The notes under the pieces are model-generated. The model was not told where the DNA came from. It did no database searches and saw only the letters and a list, made by a program, of their open reading frames with translations. Shown piece by piece: positions 1-13,850 of a stretch of DNA of 64,000 nucleotides (its first letter is position 1; each line of letters opens with the position of its first letter). Source of the stretch: Felis catus. Taxonomy: Eukaryota. The position numbers and the translations under genes were made by a program. The stretch lies in the NCBI RefSeq assembly GCF_018350175.1, contig NC_058368.1:99574001-99638000 (forward strand), in the 5' to 3' direction.

Positions 1-2520
1 ACATCCATTCATGATTGAAAAAAAAAAAAGGTTTTGAGGGAACACACCTCAACATAATAAAGATTATCTATGAAAATCCCATAGCTAACATCATCCTCAT
101 TGGGGAAAAACTGAGAACTTTTCCCCTAAGATTAAAAATAAAACAAGGATTCCACCCTCAACACTTTTATTCTACATAGTACTGGAAATCCTAGCCACAA
201 CAATCAGACAACAAAAGAAATGAAAGGCATCGATCCACATCAGCAAAGAAGTCAAAATGTCACTGTTTGCAGATGACGTGATACTATATATAGAAACTCT
301 AAAGAGTCCACCAAAAACCCTACTAGAACTAATAAATGAATTCAGTAAAGTCGCAGGATACAAAATCAATGTACAGAAAACTGTTGCATTCCTATACACT
401 AATAATGAAGCTGCAGAAAGAAATTAAGAAAACAATCTCATTTACAACTGCAACACAAATAATACGATACCTTGGAACAAACCTAACCAAAGGGTGAAAT
501 ACCTGTACCCTGAAAACTATAAACACTGATGAAAGAAGTAGAACATGACACAAGAAATGAAAAGACATTCTGTGCTCATGGATTAGAAAAGAGATACTGT
601 TCCCATGTGTGTATTATCAGAGCAATCTACAGATTTAAAGCAATCTCTAACAAAAGACCAGCAGCATTTTTCACATAACTCGAAGAAACAATTAGAAATT
701 TTATATGGAACCAGAAAAGGCCCTAAAGAGATAAAGCAGTCTTGAAAAACAAAAGCTGGAGGCATCGCATTTCAAGACTTGAAGTTATATTACAAAGCTA
801 CAGTCATCCATACACTGTGGTACCGGCCCAAAAACAAACACACAGATCAATAGAGTATAGTAGACAACTCACAGCTGTGTCATCAATTAATCTTTGACAA
901 AGCAGGAAAGACTATCCAATGGGAAAAAGATAGGCTCTTGAATAAATAATGGGAAAACCAGATAGCAACATGCGAAACAAAGAAACTGGACCATTTTCTT
1001 ACATAAAAATAAATCCAAAAAGGCTTAAAGATCTAAATGTGGATCTGAAACCATAAACATCCTGCAGGAGAACACAGACTATAACCTCTTAAAAATCAGC
1101 CACAGCAATTTTTTTCTAGATATTTCTCCTGAGGCCTGGGAAACAATAGCAAAAATAAACTATTAGAGTTACATAAAAATAAGTGCATGGCAAAGGAAAC
1201 AGTCAACAAAACTGAGGGTCACCACATGGAGTGGGAGAAGGTATGACATATCTTATAAAGGGTTAGTATCCAAAATGATATCTATCCAGAATGAGATAAA
1301 GAACTTAGAATACTCACCACCCGAAAACCAAATAATCTAATTTAAAAATGGATAGAAGACATGAACAGATTATATCTATATCTATATAGATATAGATATA
1401 TATGTTATACACATATATTATATATATAGATATAGATATATATTATAGATATATATATATATCTATAATACAGGATATATTAGGTATATAATATACCTAA
1501 TATATCCTATAATATATTAGGTATACAATATACCTAATATATCCTATAGGATATATTAGGTATATAATATAGGTATATATTATATATATATATATATGTT
1601 ATACATATATATTATAGATATATATACATTATATATATTTTACATATATATTTATATATAAAATATATATATTTTTATATATAAATATATATATATATAT
1701 TTTAAAGAAGACCTACAGATGGCCAACAGACACATGAAAAGATGCTCATGATCAATGATCATCAGGGAAATACAATTCGAAACTACAATGAGATGTCACC
1801 TCACACCTGTCAGAATGGCTAAAATCAACAATACAAACAACAGGTGTTGGTGAGGATGTGGAGTAAGGGGAACCCTCATACAGTGTTGGTGGGAATGCAA
1901 ACCGGTACAGCCACTGTGGAAAACAGGATTGAGGTTCCTCAAGAAGTTAAAAATAGAACTACCCTAAGATTCAGCAATTGCACTACAGGGTATTTCTTCA
2001 AAGAACACAAAAATACCAATTCAAAGGGATATATGAACCCCTATGTTTATAGCACTATTATTTACAATCGCCAAGATATGGAAGCAGCCCAAGTGTCCAT
2101 CAAATGATGAATGAATAAAGATGTGGTATACATATACAATGGAATATATTCAGCCATAAGAAAAAAATGAAATACTGCCATTTGCAAAGACCTGGATGGC
2201 GCTGCTAGAGAGTATACTGCTCGGCAGTATAGTCAGTATAGTCAGAGAAGAACAAATACCATATAGTTTCATTCATATGTGGAATTTAAAAAAGAAAACA
2301 AAGGAGCACAGGGATAAAAAGAGAGAGAGGGACAAACCAAGACACAAACTGGTGGTTATCTGAGGGAGGTGGGTGGGGGGATGAGTTAAATAGGTAATGG
2401 AGATTAAAGAGTGCACTTGTCATGATGAGCCCTGGGTGAAATGTGCCATTATTGAATCACTATATTGTACACATGAAACTAATATAACTGCGTTAAACAT
2501 CAATTTGAAAGCTAAAAAAG
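1..2520 (+). mobile_element. LINE-1 3' part (ORF2 C-terminal region and 3' UTR), carnivore-type, decayed
   Basis: Typical ORF2 sequence (actgtttgcagatgacgtgatactatatatagaa; caaaatcaatgtacagaaa; gagatgtcacctcacacctgtcagaatggct), then a 3' UTR and A-rich end near 2515. Confidence 0.95.
1369..1702. repeat. AT-rich microsatellite/palindromic expansion inside L1
   Basis: (TA)n and (TAGA)n tracts, plus alternating ggatatattaggtata / tatacctaatatatcc units. Confidence 0.95.
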
Positions 2521-2649
2521 AGAAGTAAAAGATTGTTAGATTTGACTGATAAAAAATAAAAGTTTTGACAAATGTATATATTTATGCCCATACTGTCATA
2601 ATCGAGATAAATTTTCCATTCCCCCATTCAGTTCAAAATGATTCATCAC

Positions 2650-5460
2650 CTCTCATGATTGTTTAAATTTTGTGGATTATTTAAATTGTATTGTCTAATT
2701 TCAAAATATTTTCACTAGAGGTACCACTCTTTTTTGTTGTTACTCTTGTTGTAGGTTTTTGTTTTTGCTTTTTTTATTTCAGGTATCAGCCCTTTGGGGA
2801 GGGTCCCTGTTTTGTATATTTTCAGTTTTAAAAATGTATTGATGTTTGTTTTATATCCAATTATATGGTCTATCTTGGTAAATGCTCTCTGTAGCACTAA
2901 ATTGTTATGCTGCTTTGTCACATGAAGCATTCCATTCATGTTGGTTGATAATGTTATTTAAACCATCTGTGCTCTTGGGGAGTTTCTGCCCATTTGTATC
3001 AGTAATTGAAACTGGAGAACTTAAAACTCATTTATAATTGTGGATTTGTCCATTTTTTTCATCAGTTATAACAGGTGTGATTCATGTGCGCTAACATTCC
3101 TTTATCACATTTATATGTACTTTTAGGATTGTCAAGCTGTTGTGATGACTTGAGCACTTTAGCATCATGAAATGTCACTTCTTATTCATGAATATATTTC
3201 TCATCCAAGAATCTGTTTTGCTGATATTATACCAGATTTCTTGTGTTTAGTGTTTGCACGGAGTATCTTTTTCTCCAGTTTACGTGTAACATATCAGTGG
3301 CTTTACAGTGAAACTAGATCTTTCGGAAGCACGTGGTGTTGCATCTTGCTCTTTGATCTTATTTTTATCTCTGGTTTTAGTTGGGTATTTAGACCTTTTA
3401 TGTTTAATTTTGTAAATTGACATCTTTGGAATTATGGTTTTAGTTTTGCTTTTGGTTTTCTTTCTGTCTCATTTGTTATTTGTATGTTTCAAACTTTTTT
3501 CTGGTTCTTCATTGAGTGGAGAGTTTCTGCATGCTTTTTAAATCCAAATTGTATTAGATTATTTGCATTATGACTCTTAATGGATTGCTATAAGTTTAAT
3601 ACAATCTATATAATTAATATACCTTCAAATAATTTCATACTTCATAGATTTTTTTTTTTAATTTTTAAGGTTTATTTATTTTTCAGAGAGAGACAGAGTG
3701 TGAGAGGTGGAGGGGCAGAGAGAGAGGGAGACACAGAATACAAGGCAGGCTCCAGGCTCTGAGTTGTCAGCACAGAGCCTGACGCAGGGCTCAAACTCAC
3801 AGACCACAAGACCATGACCTGAGCCGAAGTCGGACGTTCAACTGACTGAGCCACCCGGGCACTCCTTTACTTCATAGATTTTTTTTTAAGAAACTTACAA
3901 CAATAAACATCTCTTTTCCCACTCATCCTTTGTGATACTATTTTCATCCATTTTATACATTTGTTATGAACCCATATTAAGGTCTTGTTTGCATTAAACG
4001 GACACTTGTTCTTTAATGAAATTTAAAATATGGAAAAAATGTTTTTATAAGTACTCACATAATGGTTGTTTCCTGTGGTGCTCATTCCTTAGCATGGGTC
4101 CACATTTTTTTGTTCTGGCCTGAAAAGCTTTGTGTAAACTTTCTGGGATGTTTTTTGATGACAAATGCTATCAGCTTTTTATTTTTTTAGCCTTAACATT
4201 TCACCTTTATTTTTGAGATATATTTTTATTGTTTATAGAATTGTGTTGACAGTTCCCACCTTTCCATCCCCACCCCCCATCATTGGAAGATATTGTTTTG
4301 TTGCCTTTGGCTTGCACTATTTCTCACAAGAAATGTATTGTTATTTATGTTCCTCTAAAGAATGTCTTTGGTCTTACTTGAGATTCTTAGAACACTATGA
4401 TTATAATTTTCATTAAATGTTAAAATCTTTTGACTCTTTGATACTCTAAAATCTGCCTTTTCTGTTGCTATAGATTACCATATACTTTTATTTTTTTTTA
4501 ATTTTTCTTTTTTTTAAATATTTTGTCTTTATAATGCCTTTGTTTCATTTTCATACATTCTACTGCTAGGTCTTAAAGTTACTAATCTTTTGCATTGTCA
4601 AGTATACTGTTGATTTTCATTCCTGGTACTGTGTTTTCATGACTCACTGTTTAATTTGTGCTCATTTAATATCTTCCATTTCTCTTCTTTTGCATTTCTT
4701 TCTCCACCTTTTTGACATTTTGACCATATTTATAATAACTTTTTGGACCTCCTTGTCTTACAGTTTCTCCATTTATGTCATTCTTGGGTCTGCTTTTATT
4801 GATTTGTTATCTCTTGATTATGGGTCACATTTTCCTATTTATTTTTATGAGTGGTAATTTTAAATCCTGAACACTCTAAGTTGTACATTATTGGATGCTG
4901 CAGTTTGCTGTTTTTCTAAATGAGTACCAGACTGTCTTCTTCTATCATGCAGTTAATTGGAATCCATTTAACCCTTTTCAAGCTTTTGTTTGTTGAACAC
5001 ATTGAGAAAAGCTTAATTCAGAGTTAATTTTGAACCCCTACTATACTATCTTTTAGAATATGTTATCCCAAACTCATGTATTCTGGCTTATGGAAATATA
5101 AACATTTCCCAGTCCTTTGTAAGCTCTAAGGATTTTTCTACCTACTTCTTTGTGATAGTTCTTTCCTGAATGTGAGGTTTCTTGTCATACTTGCCAATCT
5201 TAGCACACAGTCAAAACTAGAAGGAAGCTTTTATCTCCAAAGATCTCATTGGGGTGTGAACCTCTCTACTTCTGGCACTCAGTCTCATAAATTCTGGTCA
5301 CCTTTACCTGCTGAGACTCTTCTTTCTCTTAAATTCGTCAGAATTGGTGAGTTTGCTTGGAATTTACTTCATGCTGTGGAAACTGCCTTCAGGTGATGCA
5401 ATTATAGAGTTTTCTTTTCTCTTCCCTCTGCTAAAGAATAACAGTCCAGGTTACCACCAA
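2650..5460 (-). mobile_element. Old L1 (L1M-type) 5'/endonuclease-region fossil
   Basis: T-rich antisense L1 signature (atatggtctatcttggtaaatgctct; ataattgtggatttgtccatt). The minus ORF fragment AFTKIDHIIGYKTNINTF resembles the L1 endonuclease. Confidence 0.75.
3652..3865 (-). mobile_element. CAN-SINE (felid SINEC)
   Basis: Reverse complement of the tRNA-derived head, (GA)n and poly-T; target-site duplication (TSD) acttcatagattttt. Confidence 0.95.
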
Positions 5461-5489
5461 CTGAAAATTTGTTTAAAAAAAAAAGTATT

Positions 5490-5719
5490 GGGGCACCTGG
5501 GTGGCTCAGTCAGTTAAGCGTCCGACTTCAGCTCAGGTCATGATCTCGCGGTCTGTGAGTTCAAGCCCCGCATCGGGCTCGGTGCTGACAGCTCAGAGCC
5601 TGGAGCCTGTTTCAGATTCTGTGTCTCCCTCTCTCTCTGACCCTCCCCCATTCATGCTCTCTCTCTGTCTCAAAAATAAATAAATGTTAAAAAAAATAAC
5701 TAAATAAAAAAAATTAAAA
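5490..5719 (+). mobile_element. CAN-SINE (felid SINEC)
   Basis: ggggcacctgggtggctcagtcagttaagcgtccgacttcagctcaggtcatgatctc, (CT)n and an A tail. Confidence 0.97.
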
Positions 5720-6204
5720 TAAGTATTTTATAAATTTTGTCTGGTTTTCTATCCATTTGGGACACAAGGCTAAATCTATTCTCTGTTATGTGATCGCCCT
5801 AAAGGATAGTTGACAAGTGTGTGTATACTTGATATCAACATAATTTTGTCCTAAATTCCAATTATTTTACCCTCTCATGAAAATAAAGCTTGGCTCTTGC
5901 TTTTTTTTAATTCCACACCTTTTACTAGATGATGCAGGAATTCACTGTATGGGGGTGGGTAGTCCATTAGCCTTGAGTCTACATAGTTGCTAGGAAAGTT
6001 TCCCTCAGCCAAGATATTTTCACCAGCCCAATGTATTTTTTTGTGTTTTTGTGTTTTTGTTTTTTTTTTAAGATTTTGGATTATGCTTAAGATTCAGAAA
6101 TTTGACATATCCTTTATGCCTGGCTTATAGTGTAGCCTTTATAGTGACTCAGCAAAATAAAATTTAAAGTTGAATTTAAACATACTGCCATGTAATTATT
6201 TTAT

Positions 6205-6440
6205 TCAAGAACTTTCTAAACCTCTTACTATATGTCAGGTTTTGCTATAACTATTAACCAATTTAATCATCACTGCTATCCAGTGAAGGAACTATTATCA
6301 TCCACATTTTATCAATGAGAAAATAGAGCTTCAGCAAGGCATACTGACTTGCTTCCTAGTCTTGCAACTAATCAATAAAATAAATAGGATTTGTACCCAG
6401 GAAGTCTAGCTCTAGGATTGGGGGTTGTTGATCATTTTAC
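6205..6440 (-). mobile_element. MIR SINE fossil
   Basis: MIR core-like tattatcatccacattttatcaatgagaaaatagagcttcag..ggatttgtacccagg. Confidence 0.7.
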
Positions 6441-6479
6441 AGTATAGCTTGAGATACAGTTAAAGCCATATTTAGATGA

Positions 6480-7500
6480 ACATTTTCTGAAATGCATATA
6501 TTAGTAAATTAAATAAAATGAAAAGTGAATTAAGAATTCAACTGAAGTTAGAACAAGAAGATTAAAATGAAGCATAACAAAGCATAATAAAGGTAGAAAG
6601 AAAAAATTAGAAAACAAAAGTAAAAGGGCAGCATTAGTAAAGTAATGCAAGAATTTGACCTTTGGTAGGAGCAGGGGAATGATAAACCTTCAGATAATAG
6701 AGTACAAAAGGAGGAAGAAACCATAAATCACAAAATAAATGCTAATAAGGAAATAACCACACACACAAAAGCTCGCTAAAAGAATCCTATTGATTAACTA
6801 TACAAATAAATTTTGGAATATGAAATGAAATATATAACTTTATAGGCATATGAAATGATCAAATCTGACCTCAGAAGACAGAATGCAAACTCACTAATCA
6901 CAATAAATTAAATAGAGAAGGGAGCACCTGGGTGGCTCAATTGCTTGAGTGCCTACTTTGTCTCAGGTCATGATCTCACAGTTTGTGGATTCAAGCCCCA
7001 CATTGGGCTCTGTGCTAACAGCTCAGAGCCTGGAGCCTGCTTTGGATTCTGTTGTCTCCCTCTCCCTTTGCCCCTCTCCCACTCGTGTTCTCTCTCTCAA
7101 AAATAAATAAATGTTAAAAAAAATAAAAATAAATAAGAGAAAATTATTGAGAAACTACTCTGCAAAAGAGCAACAAACCCAGTTATTTTAATGGGGCAAT
7201 TCTATTAAACTTCCAAGAAATAAAAACGTCAGTTGTATTTAAATTATTTATAGTTTTTTTAAGCTGCTGAACTGACATTGGTATCAAAACCCAACAAAGA
7301 CAGTATAAAGTGGACAACTACAGGTGGTTATATCATTCCTTTTAGAATGCTTTTTAATTAAGTGGGGCTTATGCTAGGAATTCTAAAATTATTCAGATAA
7401 TTTTCTGCATTAATGAAAAAAAAACCACCTATTTTTATCTCCATAGGTGTTAAAAAGGCACTTTGTAAGTTTATCTGGCAGTGGTTGAAAACTTCTAAAA
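6480..7500 (+). mobile_element. Very old L1 ORF2 fossil
   Basis: A-rich degenerate ORF2 motifs (caattctattaaacttccaagaa; acattggtatcaaaacccaacaaagacag). Confidence 0.6.
6920..7130 (+). mobile_element. CAN-SINE
   Basis: gggagcacctgggtggctc head, (CT)n and an A tail. Confidence 0.95.
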
Positions 7501-8737
7501 ATGAAACTATATATATTCTGAGAAATGTTTCCCCCCCCTCTGGAGAGTACCTAGGGGTGCTCACATAGTGCTTGTCAGGCATAGAGACTCAGCTGCTTAC
7601 AGGAACATTCTCTTTTCTTTTTGGCTGTCCCTCAAAGCATGCTCCTCTCCTCTGTTCTTCTAGAACATTGACCAGTATTCTTCACAGTGGGTTTCAATTC
7701 TGATAGGACTAGACATTGATCAAGAAGCTATGACTCTGTGCCACTGCAAAATATTACTGCAACAAGGCATGCTGAGCAGAAATCTCAAGAAATATAGGAT
7801 GAAGCAATCAATGTGCACGGTCTTCGCAGTCAGTCAGCCTGCTTCAGTTACTTAGAACGTGAAGTCCCACATCTATGCCTAGTATTTAAGCTTTGCATTA
7901 TGTGTCCCACCTCCTTATTTCCAAGCTTGCCATATTTCTTACTAATATGAGGGGTTTGTTTCTATTCTTTCCCTTCTCTAAACTTCATTTATTCACCTTT
8001 TAACCTCAGAATCTCCAAACATCGTGTGAAACAGCATTCGGAGTACGTCTTGAAATGTTTCACTGACAAAGCTAGCTCACATTGATCATTGTCCTCCTTG
8101 ATGGCTTGGAGCTCCTATGTTGTAAGCTTCCACTTGGTAAATATATTTGAAAACTATTTAGCGAAGTCTTATATTTCCTGTTTTGGCGTTTAATGCGTCA
8201 TTTCTATTTTTAAGAAAACCTACAGTGTTAGATATTTTGTTTCCTTCAGCATGTAGTAGGGCTCATGTATTTCCAATTCCTTTGTCTTTGTATTTTTTTA
8301 TGATTTTGAAGATGACCACTAAAATTTGTTGATCATTTTTAATGGTTATATCTATAATCTCAGGCTTAATAAGCTTTAGGCATAAGTATAATGCCTAAAT
8401 AATGAAATTATCTGTGCGTAAGTAGTCTTTCAATATACAGATCCTCTAATCTTCTGGGCACTTTGTCCTGGGGGCATTTTTTTCATTTCAGGTTCCATTT
8501 GGATATGAAGGTAATCTCTCTGTGGTTTGCTAGGAAAATCTTTTATATAACTGGCTTGAGTGTATGTTGATTTAGCATTTCTGCATATTTGTTCATTTAG
8601 CTACTTCTGACCACTTAATTTTATTAAATCAGTATGCTTCTTCCTTAGAACTTATTACAACTTCCCTTCTGCATGTAGAATGTGTTGTAAAGGTTCTCCT
8701 GGTCTAAGGATACTAGATCTCACTCTCCAAATAAGGG

Positions 8738-8947
8738 AATGTTTATTTTTAGAGAGAGAGACAGCACGAGCAGGGGAGGGGCAGAGAGAGAGAAAGAGAC
8801 AGAGAGAGGAAGACACAATATCCGAAGCAGGCTCCAAGCTCTGAACTGTCAGCACAGAGTCCAATGCAGGTCTAGAACTCAGGAATCGCGAAATCATGAC
8901 CTGAGCTGAAAACCAACACTTAACCGACTGAGCTACCCAGGCACCCC
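8738..8947 (-). mobile_element. CAN-SINE
   Basis: Antisense SINEC; TSD ctccaa(a/g)taagggaa. Confidence 0.95.
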
Positions 8948-11002
8948 TCCAAGTAAGGGAACTTTGGATAAGCTGCTCCAGAGTCTCAACTTACTCTGTG
9001 TGCTGTGCCAATCTGTATCTGCTGTAGCTATTCTCCTTTAATTTGGTCCAGATTTCCTTACATTCATCCCTTACTCTAAGTATCTTGTTGTTTGGCACAC
9101 GGCTGTCCTAATTTTTTTCTCTTTATCCTCTTTATTGATTTTCAAAAAGAGCATGCCATATACAAGCTTTATGTTTTTTTTTTTTTTCGCTATCTCATCA
9201 ATTTATTGTAGTGCATATTGTCTTTCAGTTTGATTTCTTTTTGCCTCAGATTTGTCTTGAGTTTGAGTTTCTAACCTCAAGTGTGGTAACATGTGGATGG
9301 AAATGTTACTGCTAGATGAGTTGAGAACATTGATGTATGACTATCACATATTAATTTATGTATTCAGTTTTTCATATATGACAGATACATTATGGATCAT
9401 TCTCATTTTGGTGGTTAATGTGTCATCATTTTCCAATGAATAACAAATGATGTATAATTATACATGTTATTAATTACAATCATTTAATTTATTTCTTCAC
9501 AGCAAATGAGAACAAGTACAAAGTGGAAACTCATTATTGAGAATAATAAGTGTGTATCTTCAAAATTCATTATCGATTTCCACTTTGTCCATCTCTTTTT
9601 CTTTCCTAACAGATATCATTTTAAGGAAACAACCTAAAAATCTCTGTTAACTTCTTACAGTTTTATATAGATTTAACTTCTCTCACATTGTCCCACCACA
9701 TTTGTATGGATTTTTTAACTAATGTGTTTCTCAAGAGGCAAAAGCAGTATATTCTTTGCTTCTGTTTATGAACAGAATTTAACAGGATCTTAGGTTGTAA
9801 AATCTTTTATATGTTTTTATTGTTGTGTCCGTAAACGTGAGCATTTTTTATACTACTTTAGCCAAGGACCCTATCAACAGTAAGTTCTGATAAATTTCTG
9901 TTGCAGCAACAGCCATGAACTTTCTGAAGCATTGCCTAGTGTTGCAATATTTTTAACTATAAGCGTAATGTACAGAGGATAGCTAGAATTTATTTATCTT
10001 GTGAACTGAAACTTTATATCCATTCAACAGCAACTCTTCACTTCTCTCCTCCCAGCTCCTGGTAACCACCATTCTGCTTTCTGCTTCTGGGAATATTACT
10101 ATTATTGATACCTCATATAAGTGGAATCATATAGTATTTGTCCTTATGTGACTGCCTTATTTCACTTCACATAATGTTCTCAGGATTCATCCATGTTGTT
10201 GCATATATAAGGATTCCCTCCTTTTTGTGGCTGAATAATATTCTACTAGGTGTATATATCATTTTTCTTCTTATTTTGGGGGGGATACCATTTTCCTTGT
10301 TTTCTTTATTTCTTCATTCTCTATATTACTTCCTTTCCTCCCTTCATCTGCCCTTCCTTCCTACTCTGTAAGCAAATTTTAAGTAGGTAATACATTTTTG
10401 TTAACTATAATCACATTGCTATATATGAAATCTCCAGAATTTGTATAAATAAAACTTTGGACCTTTTGATCAATATCACTCTATTTCCCTCTCTTGGCCC
10501 CAGGCGACTGCCATTATACTCTCTGGTTTTATGAATTTGAGTCATTTTGATTTCACACTAAGTACAGTTTCCTCCAGGTTCATCCATTTTGTTGCATGCA
10601 TTTCCTTTAAGGCTGAGTAATCCTTAAGGCTGAAAATCCTTAAAGGATTTCCTTTAAGGTTGAGTAATCTCCCATTGTGTGTGTGTGTGTGAACAATCAC
10701 CTTTTCTTTATCCATTCATCCACTAATGAACACTTAAGTGGTTGACATAGTTTGGCTATTGTGAATAATGCTGCAGTGAATTTGGAAGTGCAGATTTCTC
10801 CCAAAAACTTATTTAATTTCCTTTATATGTGTACCTAGATATGGGATTACTGAATCACAAGCTAGTTTTATTTTTAATTTTTTGAAGAACCTCCATACTG
10901 ATTTACCTAATGGTTGTATCGATTTCCATCCCAATGAAAAATATGTAAGAGATCCCATTATTCCACACCCTCACCAGTATTTGGTATCTTTGTCTTTTTT
11001 TT

Positions 11003-11628
11003 AATTTTTTTATTTTTAAAAATTTACATCCAAATTAGTTAGCATATAGTAAAACAATGATTTCAGGAGTAGATTCCTTCATTCCCCTTACCTATTTAGC
11101 CCATCCCCCCTTCCACAAACCCTCCCATAACCCTCAGATTGTTCTCTATTTTTATGAGTCTTTTCTGTTTTGTCCCCCTCCCTGTTTTTATATTATTTTT
11201 GTTTCCCTTCCCTTATGTTCATCTGTTTTGTCTCTTAGAGTCCTCATATGAGTGAAGTCATATGATTTTTTGTCTTTCTCTGACTAATTTCACTTAGCAT
11301 AATACCCTCCAGTTCCATCCACGTAGTTGCAAATGGCAAGGTTTCATTCTTTTTGATTGCGGAGTAATACTCCATTGTGTATATATACCACATCTTCTTT
11401 ATGCATTCATCCATCAGTGGACATTTGGGCTATTTCCTTACTTTGTCTATTGTGGATAGTGCTGCTGTAAACATGGGGGTGCATGTGTCCCTTTGAAACA
11501 GCACACCTGTATCCCGTGGATAAATGCCTAGTAGTGCAATTGCTGGGTCGTAGGGTAGTTCTATTTTTAGTCTTATGAGGAACTTCCATACTGTTTTCCA
11601 GAGTGGCTGCACCAGCTTGCATTCCCAA
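11003..11628 (-). mobile_element. Young 5'-truncated felid L1 inserted into older L1
   Basis: Clean ORF2 C-terminal peptide [23 protein letters not shown] ctttgtcttttt on both sides. Confidence 0.92.
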
Positions 11629-11800
11629 GCTTTGTCTTTTTGATGGTAGCCATCTTACTGGTGTAAGGTGATGATAACTCACTGTTGTTTTGAGTTTCCC
11701 AGCTGATTTTTGGTGTTGAACAGCTTTTTAAATACCAGTTGGCCATTATATGGCTTCTTTGGAGAAAGGTCTATGCAAATATTTTATGTATTAAAAAAAT

Positions 11801-12006
11801 TCTTTTTTCTAACGTTTATTTATTTTTGAGACAGAGAGAGAGCATGAACAGGGGAGGGTCAGAGAGGGAGACACAGAATCTAAAACAGGCTGCAGGCACT
11901 GAGCTGTCAGCACAGAGCCCAACACGGGGCTTTAACTCACGGACCGCTAGATCATGACCTGAGCTGAAGTCGGACGCTTAACCAACTGAGCCACCCAGGT
12001 GCCCCA
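11801..12006 (-). mobile_element. CAN-SINE
   Basis: Antisense SINEC ending gagccacccaggtgcccc. Confidence 0.95.
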
Positions 12007-13676
12007 ATTTGTATGTATTTTTAAATAGGGTTACTTGGTTTGTGCTTTTGAGTTGTAGGAATTCCTTAAATAATTTTGGAGATTAACATATCAGATAGGT
12101 GGTTTGCAAAGACTTTTTCCCATTCTGTAGATTGTCTTTTCACTCTGTTGACTGTTTTGATTTGAATAAATATGCTCTGATATAATCCCACTTGGCTATT
12201 TTTTATTTTTGTTGCTTGTGCTTTTGATGTCATATCCAAAAAACAAATGTTTTCCAGGTCACTGTCATGGGGCTCTTTCCTTATGTTTTCTTTTAGTAAT
12301 TTATAATTTTGTATCTTAAGTCTTCAGTTCATAATTGGGTTGATGTTTGTGCATGCTTCTGATATCATTCTTTCACGTGTATGTCCCGTTCTCCCAGCCT
12401 ATAGAATAAAAGGGTTTATCAACCCTAAGACATGCACACCATTTGCTGTTAAATCATATTTAACTTTTTATCCCTCATACACAATGAAGTTCTCACAAAA
12501 CTGAGTATGATATGTTCATTCAAATTTGCTAATCTTTGTTGTTAGTACTTCTGTTTCTCTTGTAAACTCATCTTGAGCCTCTTTTTTTAAGCTCTTAGTC
12601 ATTCCTCCAGTTCCTGCTGAAATAAAAAATTCTTTCGAAATTCTTTCCATAACTTAGTCATTAGTCCTGCTCTTTAACATCCTGCAATATATTGATAGTT
12701 TTGCCTCTGTGTTTGCCCTTACCAACTAGATAGCAAGACCTTATATTGTCAGGTCCATAAATGATATATCTTTACATTTTTCTACCAGGTCCTTTATAGC
12801 ATAAACACAGTAATAATAGTAATCATAATAACTCGCTTTTATTAAATTCTTGTTACATGCCAGAGAATAGTGAAAACTTTTAGGTTTATTGTTATAAATG
12901 AATAATGTGAAATGGTGCTTTCTGAGTTGGACAATAAAAATTAAACACTTGAGTAATTTCCAAGACTTGCCAGTTAGATTTCTGTGAATACTGCATACAT
13001 GTGTATGTAAACTAACAGACAGACTGCACTTAATAGAAATTAGTATAATTCTCATCCCTGTGCTGTTCTGGGTGAGTTGGCTGATTTCCATAGATATGGA
13101 AATTTCCATAGATAGGCATATTCATCAGCTGTACATCACCTTCCCAGACCCCTGATAAGGAAAGTTAAACTCGAAACATAACAGAGAATCTCTTAGTTAA
13201 AATTGGCTGGTCAGTGTTCTTCTGTTTGAAGCTCACCATACACTTTTCTTTCTTGCACAGGCCCCTTTGCTTAAGCTAGTAAATGAAGAGACTCTTATTT
13301 TCTAGCACATCTGTGCCAACAACATTCACTAGTGAGAACTCTGTATACACTTTTTGCTCACGAGAGACCATGATTGTCTTAGATCTGCACATATGTGCGA
13401 AGAACTTATCTTTTCTTAGCTGATAGCAATGTTCATGTACCCGGAGGCAAATGTGACCCATACCTATATGCACACGAAAGTAATCAGAGGCTGAACTTAG
13501 GCTAATACTACATTAGTCCAAGGTCAGGCCTACTGAAGCTAAGACACTGTGAATCCTGGGCAGATGTAAAGAAACTATAGAAGCTGCTAGACTCTCTTTG
13601 GTGGGTCTCATCTCACTGATGTCATCTTACATCAGATGAACAGGGTAAGAGGAAGCAATTAGAAATTTTCCCCATT

Positions 13677-13850
13677 GGGGCACCTGGGTGGTTCAGTCAG
13701 TTAAGCATCTGACTCGTGATATTGGCTCATGTCGTGATCTCACAGTTGTGAGATCGAGCCCCTCGTCAGGCTCTGCACAGAGCATGGAGCCTGCTTGGGA
13801 TTCTCTCTCTGCCTCTCTCTCTCAAAATAAATAGTTTTTTTACAAATAGA
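13677..13850 (+). mobile_element. CAN-SINE
   Basis: ggggcacctgggtggttcagtcagttaagcatctgactc head and (CT)n. Confidence 0.93.

Larger units (their letters stand above)
9950..12400 (-). mobile_element. Older L1 3' ends (L1MA/L1MB-like), nested
   Basis: Antisense L1 3' UTR and ORF2 end (ggtaaccaccattctgctttct; ttggctattgtgaataatgctgcagtgaa). Confidence 0.85.

Noticed and set aside
5490..5580. tRNA-like A/B box sequences
   Set aside because: They are tRNA-derived SINE heads followed by CT tracts and poly-A, not tRNA genes.
3672..5683. Recurrent MAQSV(E/K)RPTSAQVM.. ORFs
   Set aside because: They are translations of CAN-SINE bodies, not genes.
10600..10670. Short local duplications (also ~31800-31855, ~37612-37655 and ~49728-49762)
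   Set aside because: Ordinary slippage duplications, mostly in repeat fossils; there is no repeat-spacer organisation, so this is not a CRISPR-like array.
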